From: Chitinophagaceae bacterium
GTDB lineage: Bacteria; Bacteroidota; Bacteroidia; Chitinophagales; Chitinophagaceae
Length of the DNA: 32,638 nucleotides
Assembly (NCBI GenBank): GCA_031429975.1
Contig: JANPAP010000185.1
Span: 1-32,638 of the forward strand
Reading direction: 5' to 3'
The notes under the pieces were generated by a model, which worked only from the letters and a program-made list of their open reading frames with translations, was not told where the DNA came from and did not search any database. Every line of letters starts with the position of its first letter. The first letter of the stretch is position 1. This document shows, in pieces, positions 9,323-17,995 of this stretch. Made by a program: the position numbers and the translations under genes.

Positions 9323-11071
9323 TTAATTTAAATTCACCATACTTCCTTTTACATTGGTGGTACCCCCGCTGGAAATTTCTGCACCACTACCTCCTTCTAC
9401 TTTTGTTTGAGCACTTCCTTTTACATTCATATTTGTTCCTTCCATTTTTACATCGCCACTTGCTTTCATTTTAATATCCTTTATACTCTCTATAATAATT
9501 CCATCTTCACTCATCGATATTTTATTTCCATTCATATCTTCTAATTCAATTTTTTTCTGGTCCTCATCAATAATAATTTTATGGCCACCAGGTGTTTCGA
9601 TATTGATTGATTTTTTTTCATCATTAAAAATCATTTTCATTTTGCTGCGGCTTACATAGCCTTTTTCATGATTATCATCTGCAGCTGTTATGGGTGCCGG
9701 CAGTGCACTGCTGTTTAACATGCCCAACACAATGCCGTGCCGGGGATCGTTGTTAATAAATCCTACAATCACTTCATCATTTATTTCGGGCCTAAAAAAA
9801 AAGCCTCTTTCATTTCCTGCATCTAATGAACTAATCCTGCACCAAGCTCCTTCATCATCTTTATGTATTATGGGTATCCTTACCATTATTCTATCTTCTC
9901 CATCGGGGTCGGCTTCTAATTTTGTTACTACCCCAATTTGCAAGCCTTCAATGGCTGGAAGCAATGCTGCAGCCATTGGCTGTTGTACATTAAAGGATTG
10001 AGCAAACCATTCGGGGTTAATACCAAACTGGATATTGGTTTGCCAGTTGCCGTTTTCGTATTGATGACCTACTGCAGTTACATACAATTTTCCTTCAAAT
10101 CGATCGCCCACTCCTTTCAATTCTATTAACTGGCCGGGTAACACTGCTGCAGTACCATCAATTTTTACACTCCCTCTTATTTTTGCCAGGCGGTGTCGCA
10201 TCATTTTTGCATTTATCCATTGTTGTAATTCGGGTGCTTCAATTTTTCCGCTATGAAAAAGATTCAATCCATCGGCGCCTAAAACATCCGCAAGTGTACT
10301 GGCATCCAGGTTTCCTGCAGCGGGCAGTTGGGGTTCTTCTGCTTCCTGATCGGCCAACAATTCCTGATCGGTATAATTCCACATATTCCCTTTTACTGCT
10401 TTGTACTGAAGCCTTGCATCAATGGTTGCATCTAATTCATGTACGGTTGCTCCATATTGGATGGTAAGGGCAATTGCCCCAGAAAAATTTGGTTTTTTTA
10501 TACTTAGTTTTCCATCATTACAAAAACACAGCATGCCATTTACATCGGCACGGCACATTATAAAATCCCAGTCGCTGCAATTATATTGTAACAGCTGCTT
10601 ATGTTTTACGGTGGTTACATCCACTTCCTTATCCAGCCGGTAAGTGTCAATCAATTGCTCCATCACTTCGCTATCTTTCATTTCTTTAAAATAATTACTC
10701 TTATATTTTGCCGTCATCTTTGCGGCTTTGTCTTTGCAATCAATAATTAAGAGGGAGCTTTTTTTTCTGGTTTTAATACTATGTTTTACTACAATGCCTT
10801 TAAAAATGGTTTCTTCACTGCTTTGATAACCCAACTTTATTTCAATTTCTTTTCCGGGTTCAAAATCTGGCTTATTGCTAATGTCGAAAGTTTGCGTTGC
10901 CGGGTCGCCATCAATCATGATGATCGTTGCAGATGCAATTCTGTTTACTTCTTTATTTACTAATACAGAAATGATATGATGTGCCCTCGAAACTTCTGCA
11001 CTGCCAGAAAGGATGGTAGCCGTAACTACGGTTTTTGGTTGATCTGATGGTATGGTTCTTTCGTTTGGCAT
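9323..11071 (-). CDS. vgrG: VgrG/gp27-gp5 spike protein (Afp8-like)
   Basis: QYNCSDWDFIMCRAD (gp27-like), AGNERGFFFRPEINDEVIVGF (gp5 OB fold) and C-terminal beta-helix repeats. Confidence 0.95.
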   Translation of the reverse strand: MPNERTIPSDQPKTVVTATILSGSAEVSRAHHIISVLVNKEVNRIASATIIMIDGDPATQTFDISNKPDFEPGKEIEIKLGYQSSEETIFKGIVVKHSIKTRKKSSLLIIDCKDKAAKMTAKYKSNYFKEMKDSEVMEQLIDTYRLDKEVDVTTVKHKQLLQYNCSDWDFIMCRADVNGMLCFCNDGKLSIKKPNFSGAIALTIQYGATVHELDATIDARLQYKAVKGNMWNYTDQELLADQEAEEPQLPAAGNLDASTLADVLGADGLNLFHSGKIEAPELQQWINAKMMRHRLAKIRGSVKIDGTAAVLPGQLIELKGVGDRFEGKLYVTAVGHQYENGNWQTNIQFGINPEWFAQSFNVQQPMAAALLPAIEGLQIGVVTKLEADPDGEDRIMVRIPIIHKDDEGAWCRISSLDAGNERGFFFRPEINDEVIVGFINNDPRHGIVLGMLNSSALPAPITAADDNHEKGYVSRSKMKMIFNDEKKSINIETPGGHKIIIDEDQKKIELEDMNGNKISMSEDGIIIESIKDIKMKASGDVKMEGTNMNVKGSAQTKVEGGSGAEISSGGTTNVKGSMVNLN

Positions 11072-11082
11072 TTATTCTTACA

Positions 11083-11751
11083 TCAATTTTTTACTATTGG
11101 AGGAAAAAAAAGTTCTTCCCCTGGTTGCAGTTTTCTAAAATTGCTTAACCCATTTGCTGCTGCCACTTGCAAATAATATTTGGAATGGCCATAAATGCGG
11201 TAACACATCAGCGGAAGTGTATCGCCTTTTTTAATGGTTCGATAATGAGTTAGATCAGGGCTGCTGTTTCTTTCTTCTGCAACCCTTCTTTCATCGTCTT
11301 TCATTTCCCGGATGGTAACTTTGCAAATAGCTCTTATGGGAGTGCCATCGGGTTTAAATAATTTATAGGCGATGCTTAATGAAATACAAATTCCTTTTAC
11401 CAAAGCCTCTCCCCAAACGAATTTGAAAAATCTTGGGCGATGAATATCTCCATCGTACTTCATTAAAAACTCTTTGATATCTTTTAATTCCTTTGCAACA
11501 TTTGTTCGCATTGGATCAATGATACCAGTATTATCAAATAACAATTCAAAGGAAAGTTCTTCGGGAGGTTTTACAATAAATTTTGCTGCTGTTGCTGAGG
11601 TTCCCTGCCCCTGTGCTGCCTGAAATTCCATCTTTGTTTCCAGCGTATAATTTTCCGGATTCATCATGGCAATAAAGATTTCTTTTTCTTCATTGCATTC
11701 CGCATCGGTACAAGAAATAATTTTTAATTTTTCAAGATGTCCGTTTACCAT
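11083..11751 (-). CDS. Afp7-like tube initiator with C-terminal LysM domain (222 aa)
   Basis: NPENYT, L.FDNTG, LFKPDGTPIRA and SPDLTHYRTIKKGDTLPLMCYRIYG...VAAANGL. Start moved to ATG 11751 because the upstream small gene ends at 11753. Confidence 0.92.
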   Translation of the reverse strand: MVNGHLEKLKIISCTDAECNEEKEIFIAMMNPENYTLETKMEFQAAQGQGTSATAAKFIVKPPEELSFELLFDNTGIIDPMRTNVAKELKDIKEFLMKYDGDIHRPRFFKFVWGEALVKGICISLSIAYKLFKPDGTPIRAICKVTIREMKDDERRVAEERNSSPDLTHYRTIKKGDTLPLMCYRIYGHSKYYLQVAAANGLSNFRKLQPGEELFFPPIVKN

Positions 11752-11752
11752 A

Positions 11753-11929
11753 TCAACGTTCTTTTTTATGATCAATAATTCGTAACACTTCTTCAACGGC
11801 CTGGCTAATGAGGGCTTCTTTATCATCGGCAACCCCAGGCGAATTTGTTGTACCGGCGGGGCTGGCCGTTGTTTGTTGCTCTTGATTAACGGTTGCTTTT
11901 ATTACCAATTCCCTAATTTCAATCGGCAT
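11753..11929 (-). CDS. Afp6/Pvc6-like small protein (DUF5908-like, 58 aa)
   Basis: Below the ORF-track cutoff. Hand translation gives MPIEIRELVIKATVNQ...DDKEALISQAVEEVLRIIDHKKER*. It fills the tube-to-LysM gap, with 5 bp and 1 bp spacers. Confidence 0.88.
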   Translation of the reverse strand: MPIEIRELVIKATVNQEQQTTASPAGTTNSPGVADDKEALISQAVEEVLRIIDHKKER

Positions 11930-11934
11930 GTTTT

Positions 11935-12393
11935 TTATTTTAAATTGAAATATTTATATGCCAGATCCATCGACTCTATCACCAGACTATTTTCCTGAGC
12001 ATTAAAATCACTTACACTCCATTTTTTTGGCCATGCACCAATTATTTCCCAATGCTTGATGGCCTGATGTTTTTCATTAAGTAATTGAACATTGATGGTA
12101 ACTGGATGAAACGTTTCAAAGTCACGGTCGTGCAATATTCCCAATACCCATTTAATCAGTTTAGAATCGTTTAAGAAACCTCTTTTCAATGAGAGGTCGG
12201 GATATTTTGACCGGACCGGCAGCTTATGTTCAAACCGGTTTTCGCCCCCTTCTTTAAAACTTTCGGTATCATATTCTACCGTTAATCCGGAAACTGATTG
12301 AAAGCGGATATCGTTATCGTTTCCAATACCAACAAATTCCACTCTGAAATGAAAGCCAACAGGTGGATAATATCCGCCGGGTGCTGTTGCCAT
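11935..12393 (-). CDS. Phage T4 gp19-like tube protein (Afp5-like)
   Basis: YYPPVGFHFRV, EGGENRFEHKLP, LSLKRG and AWPKKWSVSDFNA. Confidence 0.95.
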   Translation of the reverse strand: MATAPGGYYPPVGFHFRVEFVGIGNDNDIRFQSVSGLTVEYDTESFKEGGENRFEHKLPVRSKYPDLSLKRGFLNDSKLIKWVLGILHDRDFETFHPVTINVQLLNEKHQAIKHWEIIGAWPKKWSVSDFNAQENSLVIESMDLAYKYFNLK

Positions 12394-12457
12394 GGCTGCT
12401 TAAATTTTTAATGTATGATCTAACTTAACTGAAAATTTTCCTCCACTTTACAACCAG

Positions 12458-12886
12458 TTAATTTAAAATATTCAAGCCTTCATGCGCCAGTTCCAGGGTT
12501 TCGATGGCCACTTCATTTCCATCGCTTTTTAAATCGCTTGCCTGCACTTTTATTGGGAAGGCATTTTTTGCTTTCCAGGTCATAACAGGCACATGCGTTT
12601 CGTTCAGGAGGCTGATAATAATATCCCTTCGTTCAGAAACGGTGAGGCTGATGGTATTTATCCATTTGTAAAATTCACTGTCACCTTGTATGGTGCCTCT
12701 TTTTAAAGTGATGTTGCTGAATTTGTGCATGCCGGGCATTTTTATTTTTGAATATTCGGGGCTGCTGCCTTCCCGATATTCGATTGCTTCTACCTGCATA
12801 TCGAGACCCGTTACTTCGGTAAAACCAATTCTAACTCCACCCCATTGTACCAGGAAATGAAATTTAGGAAGAGGATATGTTGCCAT
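12458..12886 (-). CDS. Phage T4 gp19-like major tube protein (Afp1-like)
   Basis: YPLPKFHF.V, IEYREG, KMPG..K.SNITLKRG and NEVAIETLELAHEGL. Confidence 0.96.
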   Translation of the reverse strand: MATYPLPKFHFLVQWGGVRIGFTEVTGLDMQVEAIEYREGSSPEYSKIKMPGMHKFSNITLKRGTIQGDSEFYKWINTISLTVSERRDIIISLLNETHVPVMTWKAKNAFPIKVQASDLKSDGNEVAIETLELAHEGLNILN

Positions 12887-12890
12887 GATT

Positions 12891-13000
12891 TTTAGTGTTT
12901 AAAGTTTAAAAGTTGAATGTTTAAAGTTTATTGCAAAAGGTTTAGGAGTTTTAAAAAGATTAAGATGGAATAATCTTTAATCTTTAATCCTTCAACCTTG
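12891..13000. repeat. Degenerate heptamer tandem repeats with a hairpin between the sheath and tube genes
   Basis: TTTAAAG-like units near 12891-12930 and TAATCTT TAATCTT TAATCCT TCAACCT at 12971-12998. An 8-bp stem AAAGATTA/TAATCTTT spans 12955-12978. Confidence 0.55.
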
Positions 13001-13004
13001 AGGC

Positions 13005-15104
13005 TTAACTTTCTGCCATTTTATGAGAGAACTGTAGTATGATAAATTCGGCTGGGCGAACAACGGCCATACCAATTTCAACAATCATCCTACCTTCTAA
13101 AATATCCAGTGCTGTCATTGTTTTTCCTAAACCAACGGCCACATAAAAAGCATGTTCGGGTTTGGCACCTTGCAAGGCGCCTTGCCTCCATAAAACGGTC
13201 AGAAAATTTTCTATCATTCCCTGTACTTTTACCCAGGTGTTGGCATCGTTTGGTTCAAATACAAAAGGCTCGGTAGATTTTTTACAACTCTCTTCAACCA
13301 TGTTAAAGAAACGGCGAACACTTACATACCGCCATTCATTATCATTTCCCATTAAAGTTCGGGCACCCCAAACCAAAGTTCCTTTACCGGTAAAACTGCG
13401 AATGGCATTTATTGATTTTCCGGCAACTGCATCCACATTTAAATTTGATTGTTCATCGGCTGTAACCTGTTCGGCTGGTCCCGAAACGGAGTTGATGCTT
13501 TCGTTAGCAGGCGCTTTCCATTCACCTCTTGCATTATCAACCCTGGCATATATGCCTGCAACAGCGCCACTGGGAGGTATCAGGCTAAACTCTTTCTTAA
13601 TATTCTTTACAATATTGCCAATTACCGGATGCCCATCATACAATAATTTTTGAGTAACTGATTTATAATTATCTGCTGAGTTAATAATGCTTTCTGTAAA
13701 CAAAGCCAGTTTTTCAAAAGCAGCCCTGATATCTTTTTCAATAATTAATGCCAACTCTTTTTGTACTGCAATTGCTCCACCATTATTATAATCCTTACCT
13801 GCATCCTCCACAGTATCTCCATCAATATCATTTATTACCAATGCGGCTGTACTGCCCAGCCAGCTTGTATCAATGGATGCATACAATGCATTAATATCAT
13901 TTCGAGCTACTACTCCAGAAACAGTCCTTGCATCATCATTTTTTTCTATCTTAATTAAATCAATAACAGCCCCCCTCCAATAGGATGCAGACATGGCATA
14001 GGAGTTTACATCATTGGTTAAATTGGTAGATGAAAAATCTGTTTTCCAGGTTTGCAATTTGATAGCAGAGCGCCTTACAAAAAGTAATAGAATATTAAAT
14101 GCAATAGGCACTGCAGCACCAGAAGCGGCTTTCAAAATATCTACAAACTGTTTGTAACGATCCCTTACCGTAGGAGCGGTTAAGGGTAAAGCTGCATTGG
14201 TTACTGTTCCATCTGCAGCAGCATCGCAAATGGCATTGATTGCCGAACTGACATCTGACTGATCCTGTACTGCATCTTCCAAATTAAGCACCAGTTCATT
14301 TATTTTATTATCGGTAGTTAATGTGGCCAGCGTTACTGGTGTAACTTCATCCGATTCGAAAACACTGGATGCAAATTGCTCAAACGCTACCTCCGATGGA
14401 TAACTATGATACAGCCAAGGTGTATAAGCAGCTGCATATTTTAAATTATTGATCCCGATACTATTCCTAAATTCAACAACTGCAGCTTGCACATTATCTG
14501 CTTCCAATTCTTTTAAATCCAATATCGAAAACCGGTCTTGCAACTTAGCACATTGGGAAATGGCCATTTGTTGCAAACTGTAAAATACTGATGCATCAGC
14601 TAACAGTACTGCATCTGGAAATAAAATAATTGTAGGTTCATCATATTTTTCTAATGCCTTTACCCCTACTCTTAATCCCCTGCTGTTTACCGGATCATTT
14701 TCATCACCTGGTTCTACTTCGTTATTAGCTCCGGTATTATCAACAAATAATCCAACCGCAACAATGTAACAGTCGCCGCCACCGTTATCAAAAAACAGTC
14801 TTAAACTGTCGTACATATAAAAACGGTTACCAGCATCAATTCCAATTCCCAACACAGCATAATTATTATCTTCATCGGTAGTTACTGTTATGGAATCGGG
14901 CACTTTTGATTTTCCATAATAGTTGATAAATTCCACCATACTTGAAATTCGTAAAGGGATATTGATGAGCGACCCACCCTTTCTTTCTGCTTTTTCGGTA
15001 TAACCCACAAATGCAGGAATCGCTGTTTCCACCTGTGCCACAGAAGGGGGCAGCTTTGGAATTTCTTCAACATATACACCCGGGGTTTTGTACGTTGTTG
15101 CCAT
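13005..15104 (-). CDS. Contractile tail sheath protein (Afp2/3/4-like, 699 aa)
   Basis: YKTPGVYVEEI, TAIPAFVGYT, PPSGAVAGIYARVD..RG.WKAPAN, WGARTL, WRYVSVRR, FEPNDANTW and PAEFIILQF. Confidence 0.97.
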   Translation of the reverse strand: MATTYKTPGVYVEEIPKLPPSVAQVETAIPAFVGYTEKAERKGGSLINIPLRISSMVEFINYYGKSKVPDSITVTTDEDNNYAVLGIGIDAGNRFYMYDSLRLFFDNGGGDCYIVAVGLFVDNTGANNEVEPGDENDPVNSRGLRVGVKALEKYDEPTIILFPDAVLLADASVFYSLQQMAISQCAKLQDRFSILDLKELEADNVQAAVVEFRNSIGINNLKYAAAYTPWLYHSYPSEVAFEQFASSVFESDEVTPVTLATLTTDNKINELVLNLEDAVQDQSDVSSAINAICDAAADGTVTNAALPLTAPTVRDRYKQFVDILKAASGAAVPIAFNILLLFVRRSAIKLQTWKTDFSSTNLTNDVNSYAMSASYWRGAVIDLIKIEKNDDARTVSGVVARNDINALYASIDTSWLGSTAALVINDIDGDTVEDAGKDYNNGGAIAVQKELALIIEKDIRAAFEKLALFTESIINSADNYKSVTQKLLYDGHPVIGNIVKNIKKEFSLIPPSGAVAGIYARVDNARGEWKAPANESINSVSGPAEQVTADEQSNLNVDAVAGKSINAIRSFTGKGTLVWGARTLMGNDNEWRYVSVRRFFNMVEESCKKSTEPFVFEPNDANTWVKVQGMIENFLTVLWRQGALQGAKPEHAFYVAVGLGKTMTALDILEGRMIVEIGMAVVRPAEFIILQFSHKMAES

Positions 15105-15133
15105 GATTGTTTTTTTATTTAATGATAAATGAA

Positions 15134-16354
15134 TTAATAGTTGATATAAATATTACAGAAATAATCAGCATCAATTTTTGTGAGCATCCCCGCTGTATTT
15201 ATATCAGGATTAGGCGCCAGCGGAGGTTCTCTACTTATTGGACGGGTAAGATTTAATTTAAATTCGTACGGCTTTTGCTTTAATGCGATTGGCTTAACAG
15301 ATGTAAATAAATCTGCTGGATTTGCATTGGCATTAAACTGATTTGCAGGAACAGTATCGATAGACTGTACTCCTTTTTTGGGAATAAAATATTTCCAAAA
15401 TGCCAGGCGATTTGCAAACCGAATGCTATAAGTAAGCCATAAATTTTCGCCGGTAGCAATAACAATTCGATCTTTTAATTTCCCATCATTTGGTGCTCCT
15501 TGAAAAAATGAAAAATCATTTCCGTTAGGCAGGTGGTTATACAATTCAATTACTCCAAACATATTGCTGTACACTGCATCATTGCTTACATAAACCAAAA
15601 ATTCTTTTCCATTAATCAGAACTTTATATTTTGCTTCATCCAGTTTAGTTAAATCGACCGATAATTTATTTACCGGTTCTTCAAAACTCATGGTTTGTGA
15701 TAAAACCAACTCATCAAATAAATTATTCTGCAGATTTAATTTAAAAACCTGTACATCTACTTTTTCAGAAACAGGTAATACCTCAAATGAGCACTGTTGC
15801 TGAATAAATGAAATCAAATCATCGGTTGATGCATATTGATTTTTATTCCGGCTCATCCAAAAAATTGAATTTGCGGCGGGTGCATTTCCTGCAGCCGTTT
15901 GTTTAATACATTCAAACACTTCATTTGAATGTACTACCAAACTACCTGGGCTGTAAATATTCAATGGCTGATAAGCTGCTACTTGCTTTGATAAATACAA
16001 AAAATCATTGGTAACTACAGCCGTTTTATTTTGATACAAGTTGGTAAAATAAAAACGCTTTGCTTTTAAATTTTGTAAATCCAAATTGCTAATCGTCATA
16101 AATACGGGATTCAACAATTCCAGATAAAAACAAAATTTATCTTTTGCATCCGGTTGTATAAATGGTTTTGAAAACTCATTATTTTTTACAAGCACAATCA
16201 ACTTATTTCCTACAGTTTTTATTATTGCATTGTAATTGCTTAGCAATTTTTTGGTTGCAGCCGTGGGTATCAATTTAAAATCGGCACACATTCCATTCTC
16301 GTAAAAATCGTGGAGTACTTCAATTGCAAATAATATTTTAAAAGAAGTGTTCAT
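15134..16354 (-). CDS. Putative eCIS cap-adaptor protein (Alg16B-like by position), with a CBM5/12-like insert
   Basis: Lies between cap and sheath with an ATGA overlap to the cap gene. Has LF.IEV.HDFY at the N-terminus, F.NR...WKY and LAPNP near the C-terminus. Confidence 0.6.
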   Translation of the reverse strand: MNTSFKILFAIEVLHDFYENGMCADFKLIPTAATKKLLSNYNAIIKTVGNKLIVLVKNNEFSKPFIQPDAKDKFCFYLELLNPVFMTISNLDLQNLKAKRFYFTNLYQNKTAVVTNDFLYLSKQVAAYQPLNIYSPGSLVVHSNEVFECIKQTAAGNAPAANSIFWMSRNKNQYASTDDLISFIQQQCSFEVLPVSEKVDVQVFKLNLQNNLFDELVLSQTMSFEEPVNKLSVDLTKLDEAKYKVLINGKEFLVYVSNDAVYSNMFGVIELYNHLPNGNDFSFFQGAPNDGKLKDRIVIATGENLWLTYSIRFANRLAFWKYFIPKKGVQSIDTVPANQFNANANPADLFTSVKPIALKQKPYEFKLNLTRPISREPPLAPNPDINTAGMLTKIDADYFCNIYINY

Positions 16355-16956
16355 GAAAGGGGTTGCTTTAATTTATCATTTAATTGTATTTCCTTTATAA
16401 ATCCAGACTGGCTAATCACCTTATTTTCATCTACTGTTAGCTGCCTGATTTTATACATTACGCAAGGCATGTATTTTCCTCCCAAAATGCTCCATAAGTG
16501 GTTTGACTGTTCAAAACTAAGGCTGTACAGATCAACCACTAATTGCTGAATTCTGTTATCAAGAGCGGGGTGAGTACTGGGCGTAAAAACATGCTGCTGT
16601 TGAAAAAACTGAATGATGAAACCTAAAATAGAAAGCGACTCATCGTATGATTTACGGTTCATTGCAAACAGCACATACAGATTAATATAAACAGGTGGAT
16701 TTTTATAAATGGTTTTGATATCGGATTTAATATAATTTTCTTGTTGTTTCGAAATTCGATCTTCCTCAACATTTACCAAACTCAATACTGCTTTGCCTTT
16801 CATCTCTGGGCTAATAGTATCTGCAGGTAAATTTTCTGCTGCCAGTGAGATATTACTTACCACTAAACGGGCAACATTTATATCTACACTTGGCACCTTA
16901 TTATTTAAATAATTATTTATTTCTGTTGCCAGAAATTGTAAACTTTCGTTTATCAC
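16351..16956 (-). CDS. Afp16/Pvc16 cap (tail terminator) protein, DUF4255
   Basis: GTG start, LSLVNVEED, PPVYINLYVLF, FFQ, HLWSILGGKYMPCVMYKIR. Confidence 0.92.
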   Translation of the reverse strand: MINESLQFLATEINNYLNNKVPSVDINVARLVVSNISLAAENLPADTISPEMKGKAVLSLVNVEEDRISKQQENYIKSDIKTIYKNPPVYINLYVLFAMNRKSYDESLSILGFIIQFFQQQHVFTPSTHPALDNRIQQLVVDLYSLSFEQSNHLWSILGGKYMPCVMYKIRQLTVDENKVISQSGFIKEIQLNDKLKQPLS

Positions 16957-17296
16957 AACTATTGATTATTGAGGTTACTGTGGTAGAGAGAAGTGGAGGA
17001 AATCGATAGGATATTGAAAAAAAAATTAATCTAAGAACAATGCTAATAAAAGAAAACTATAATGTCAATAGCTTTTAAAATGAAAAATAAAATAAATAAT
17101 TAATTACAAAAAAGAGGCAGATTCAGGTGATTTAAATTTCAGGCATAAGCATACAAAGCCAATAACAACAAAGGTTTCAAATTAATACAATTAAAAAATC
17201 AATTTATTTTAGCTGATATGATTGGAAAGCTGTTATAGCAATTCCACTATTGAAAATGTGGAAATTACGGTGGAAAAAAAAGGTTCTACTAATCTG

Positions 17297-17962
17297 CTAA
17301 TTTTTGCCTTGTACCACAATTACAATTTCGCCTTTAACAGTTTTTGCATTAAAATAATCATGCACTTCCTGCAGACTGCCCCGTTTGTTCTCTTCAAATT
17401 TTTTTGTGAGTTCACGGCTAACACAGCATTGCCGGTCGGCTCCAAAATACTGTATAAAATCTTTCAATGTTTTAACCAGCCGCATGGGGCTTTCATAAAA
17501 CAACATGGTTCTTTCTTCTTCAGCAATTTTTTTTAGAAAAGTTTGCCGCCCTTTTTTTAGCGGAATAAATCCTTCAAAACAAAAACTGTTACAGGGTAGG
17601 CCACTATTAATTAATGCCGGTACAAATGCAGTAGCTCCGGGAAGACATTCTACTTTTACATCCTGCTTAACACATTCTCTTACCAATAAAAAAGCCGGAT
17701 CGCTGATACCGGGAGTACCAGCATCGGTAAGCAAGGCAATGGTTTTGCCTGCCTGCATTTGCTCGGTTAAATGCGTAACAATTTTATGTTCGTTATGCTG
17801 GTGATAAGGTGAAATGGGTTTTTGAATTTGATAGTGATTCAGCAAAACAGCGGATGTACGGGTATCTTCAGCCAAAATTAAATCAACCGATTTTAAAATA
17901 TCGATGGCCCTGAAAGTCATGTCGGCCAGATTACCAATGGGAGTAGGAACAATGTAGAGCAT
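17297..17962 (-). CDS. rsmI: 16S rRNA (cytidine1402-2'-O)-methyltransferase
   Basis: LYIVPTPIGNLAD, AEDTR, DAGTPGISDP, YESPMR and RELTKKFEE. Confidence 0.97.
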   Translation of the reverse strand: MLYIVPTPIGNLADMTFRAIDILKSVDLILAEDTRTSAVLLNHYQIQKPISPYHQHNEHKIVTHLTEQMQAGKTIALLTDAGTPGISDPAFLLVRECVKQDVKVECLPGATAFVPALINSGLPCNSFCFEGFIPLKKGRQTFLKKIAEEERTMLFYESPMRLVKTLKDFIQYFGADRQCCVSRELTKKFEENKRGSLQEVHDYFNAKTVKGEIVIVVQGKN

Positions 17963-17995
17963 GGTATTGGTTAATTAGTTGGCCGGTAAAAAAGT

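Larger units (their letters stand above)
1..16956 (-). other. Extracellular contractile injection system (eCIS) structural operon, AlgoCIS/BIS-like, truncated at the left window edge
   Basis: 13 tightly packed minus-strand ORFs in canonical order: Afp16, adaptor, sheath, tube, tube, Afp6, LysM, VgrG, PAAR, gp25, baseplate J, Afp12, Afp13. No capsid, terminase, integrase or T6SS membrane-complex genes. Confidence 0.95.

Noticed and set aside
9025-9474. 149-aa plus-strand ORF and other short ORFs overlapping PAAR and VgrG
   Set aside because: Antisense or alternate-frame shadows of well-supported genes, with no recognisable motifs.
11752-11832. 27-aa N-terminal extension of the LysM protein given in the ORF track
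   Set aside because: It overlaps the 58-aa Afp6-like gene in another frame. ATG 11751 is the better start.
12887-13004. Possible CRISPR array or ncRNA
   Set aside because: Units are only about 7 bp, degenerate and without spacers. No cas genes or recognisable RNA family.
13162-13653. 163-aa plus-strand ORF inside the sheath gene
   Set aside because: Antisense to the most conserved sheath region, consistent with a codon-bias shadow ORF.
1-16956. Prophage or canonical T6SS interpretation of the tail-like genes
   Set aside because: No capsid, terminase or integrase, and no TssB/C pair, ClpV or TssN/O/P. DUF4255, gp19 tubes, LysM initiator and Afp11/12 indicate eCIS.
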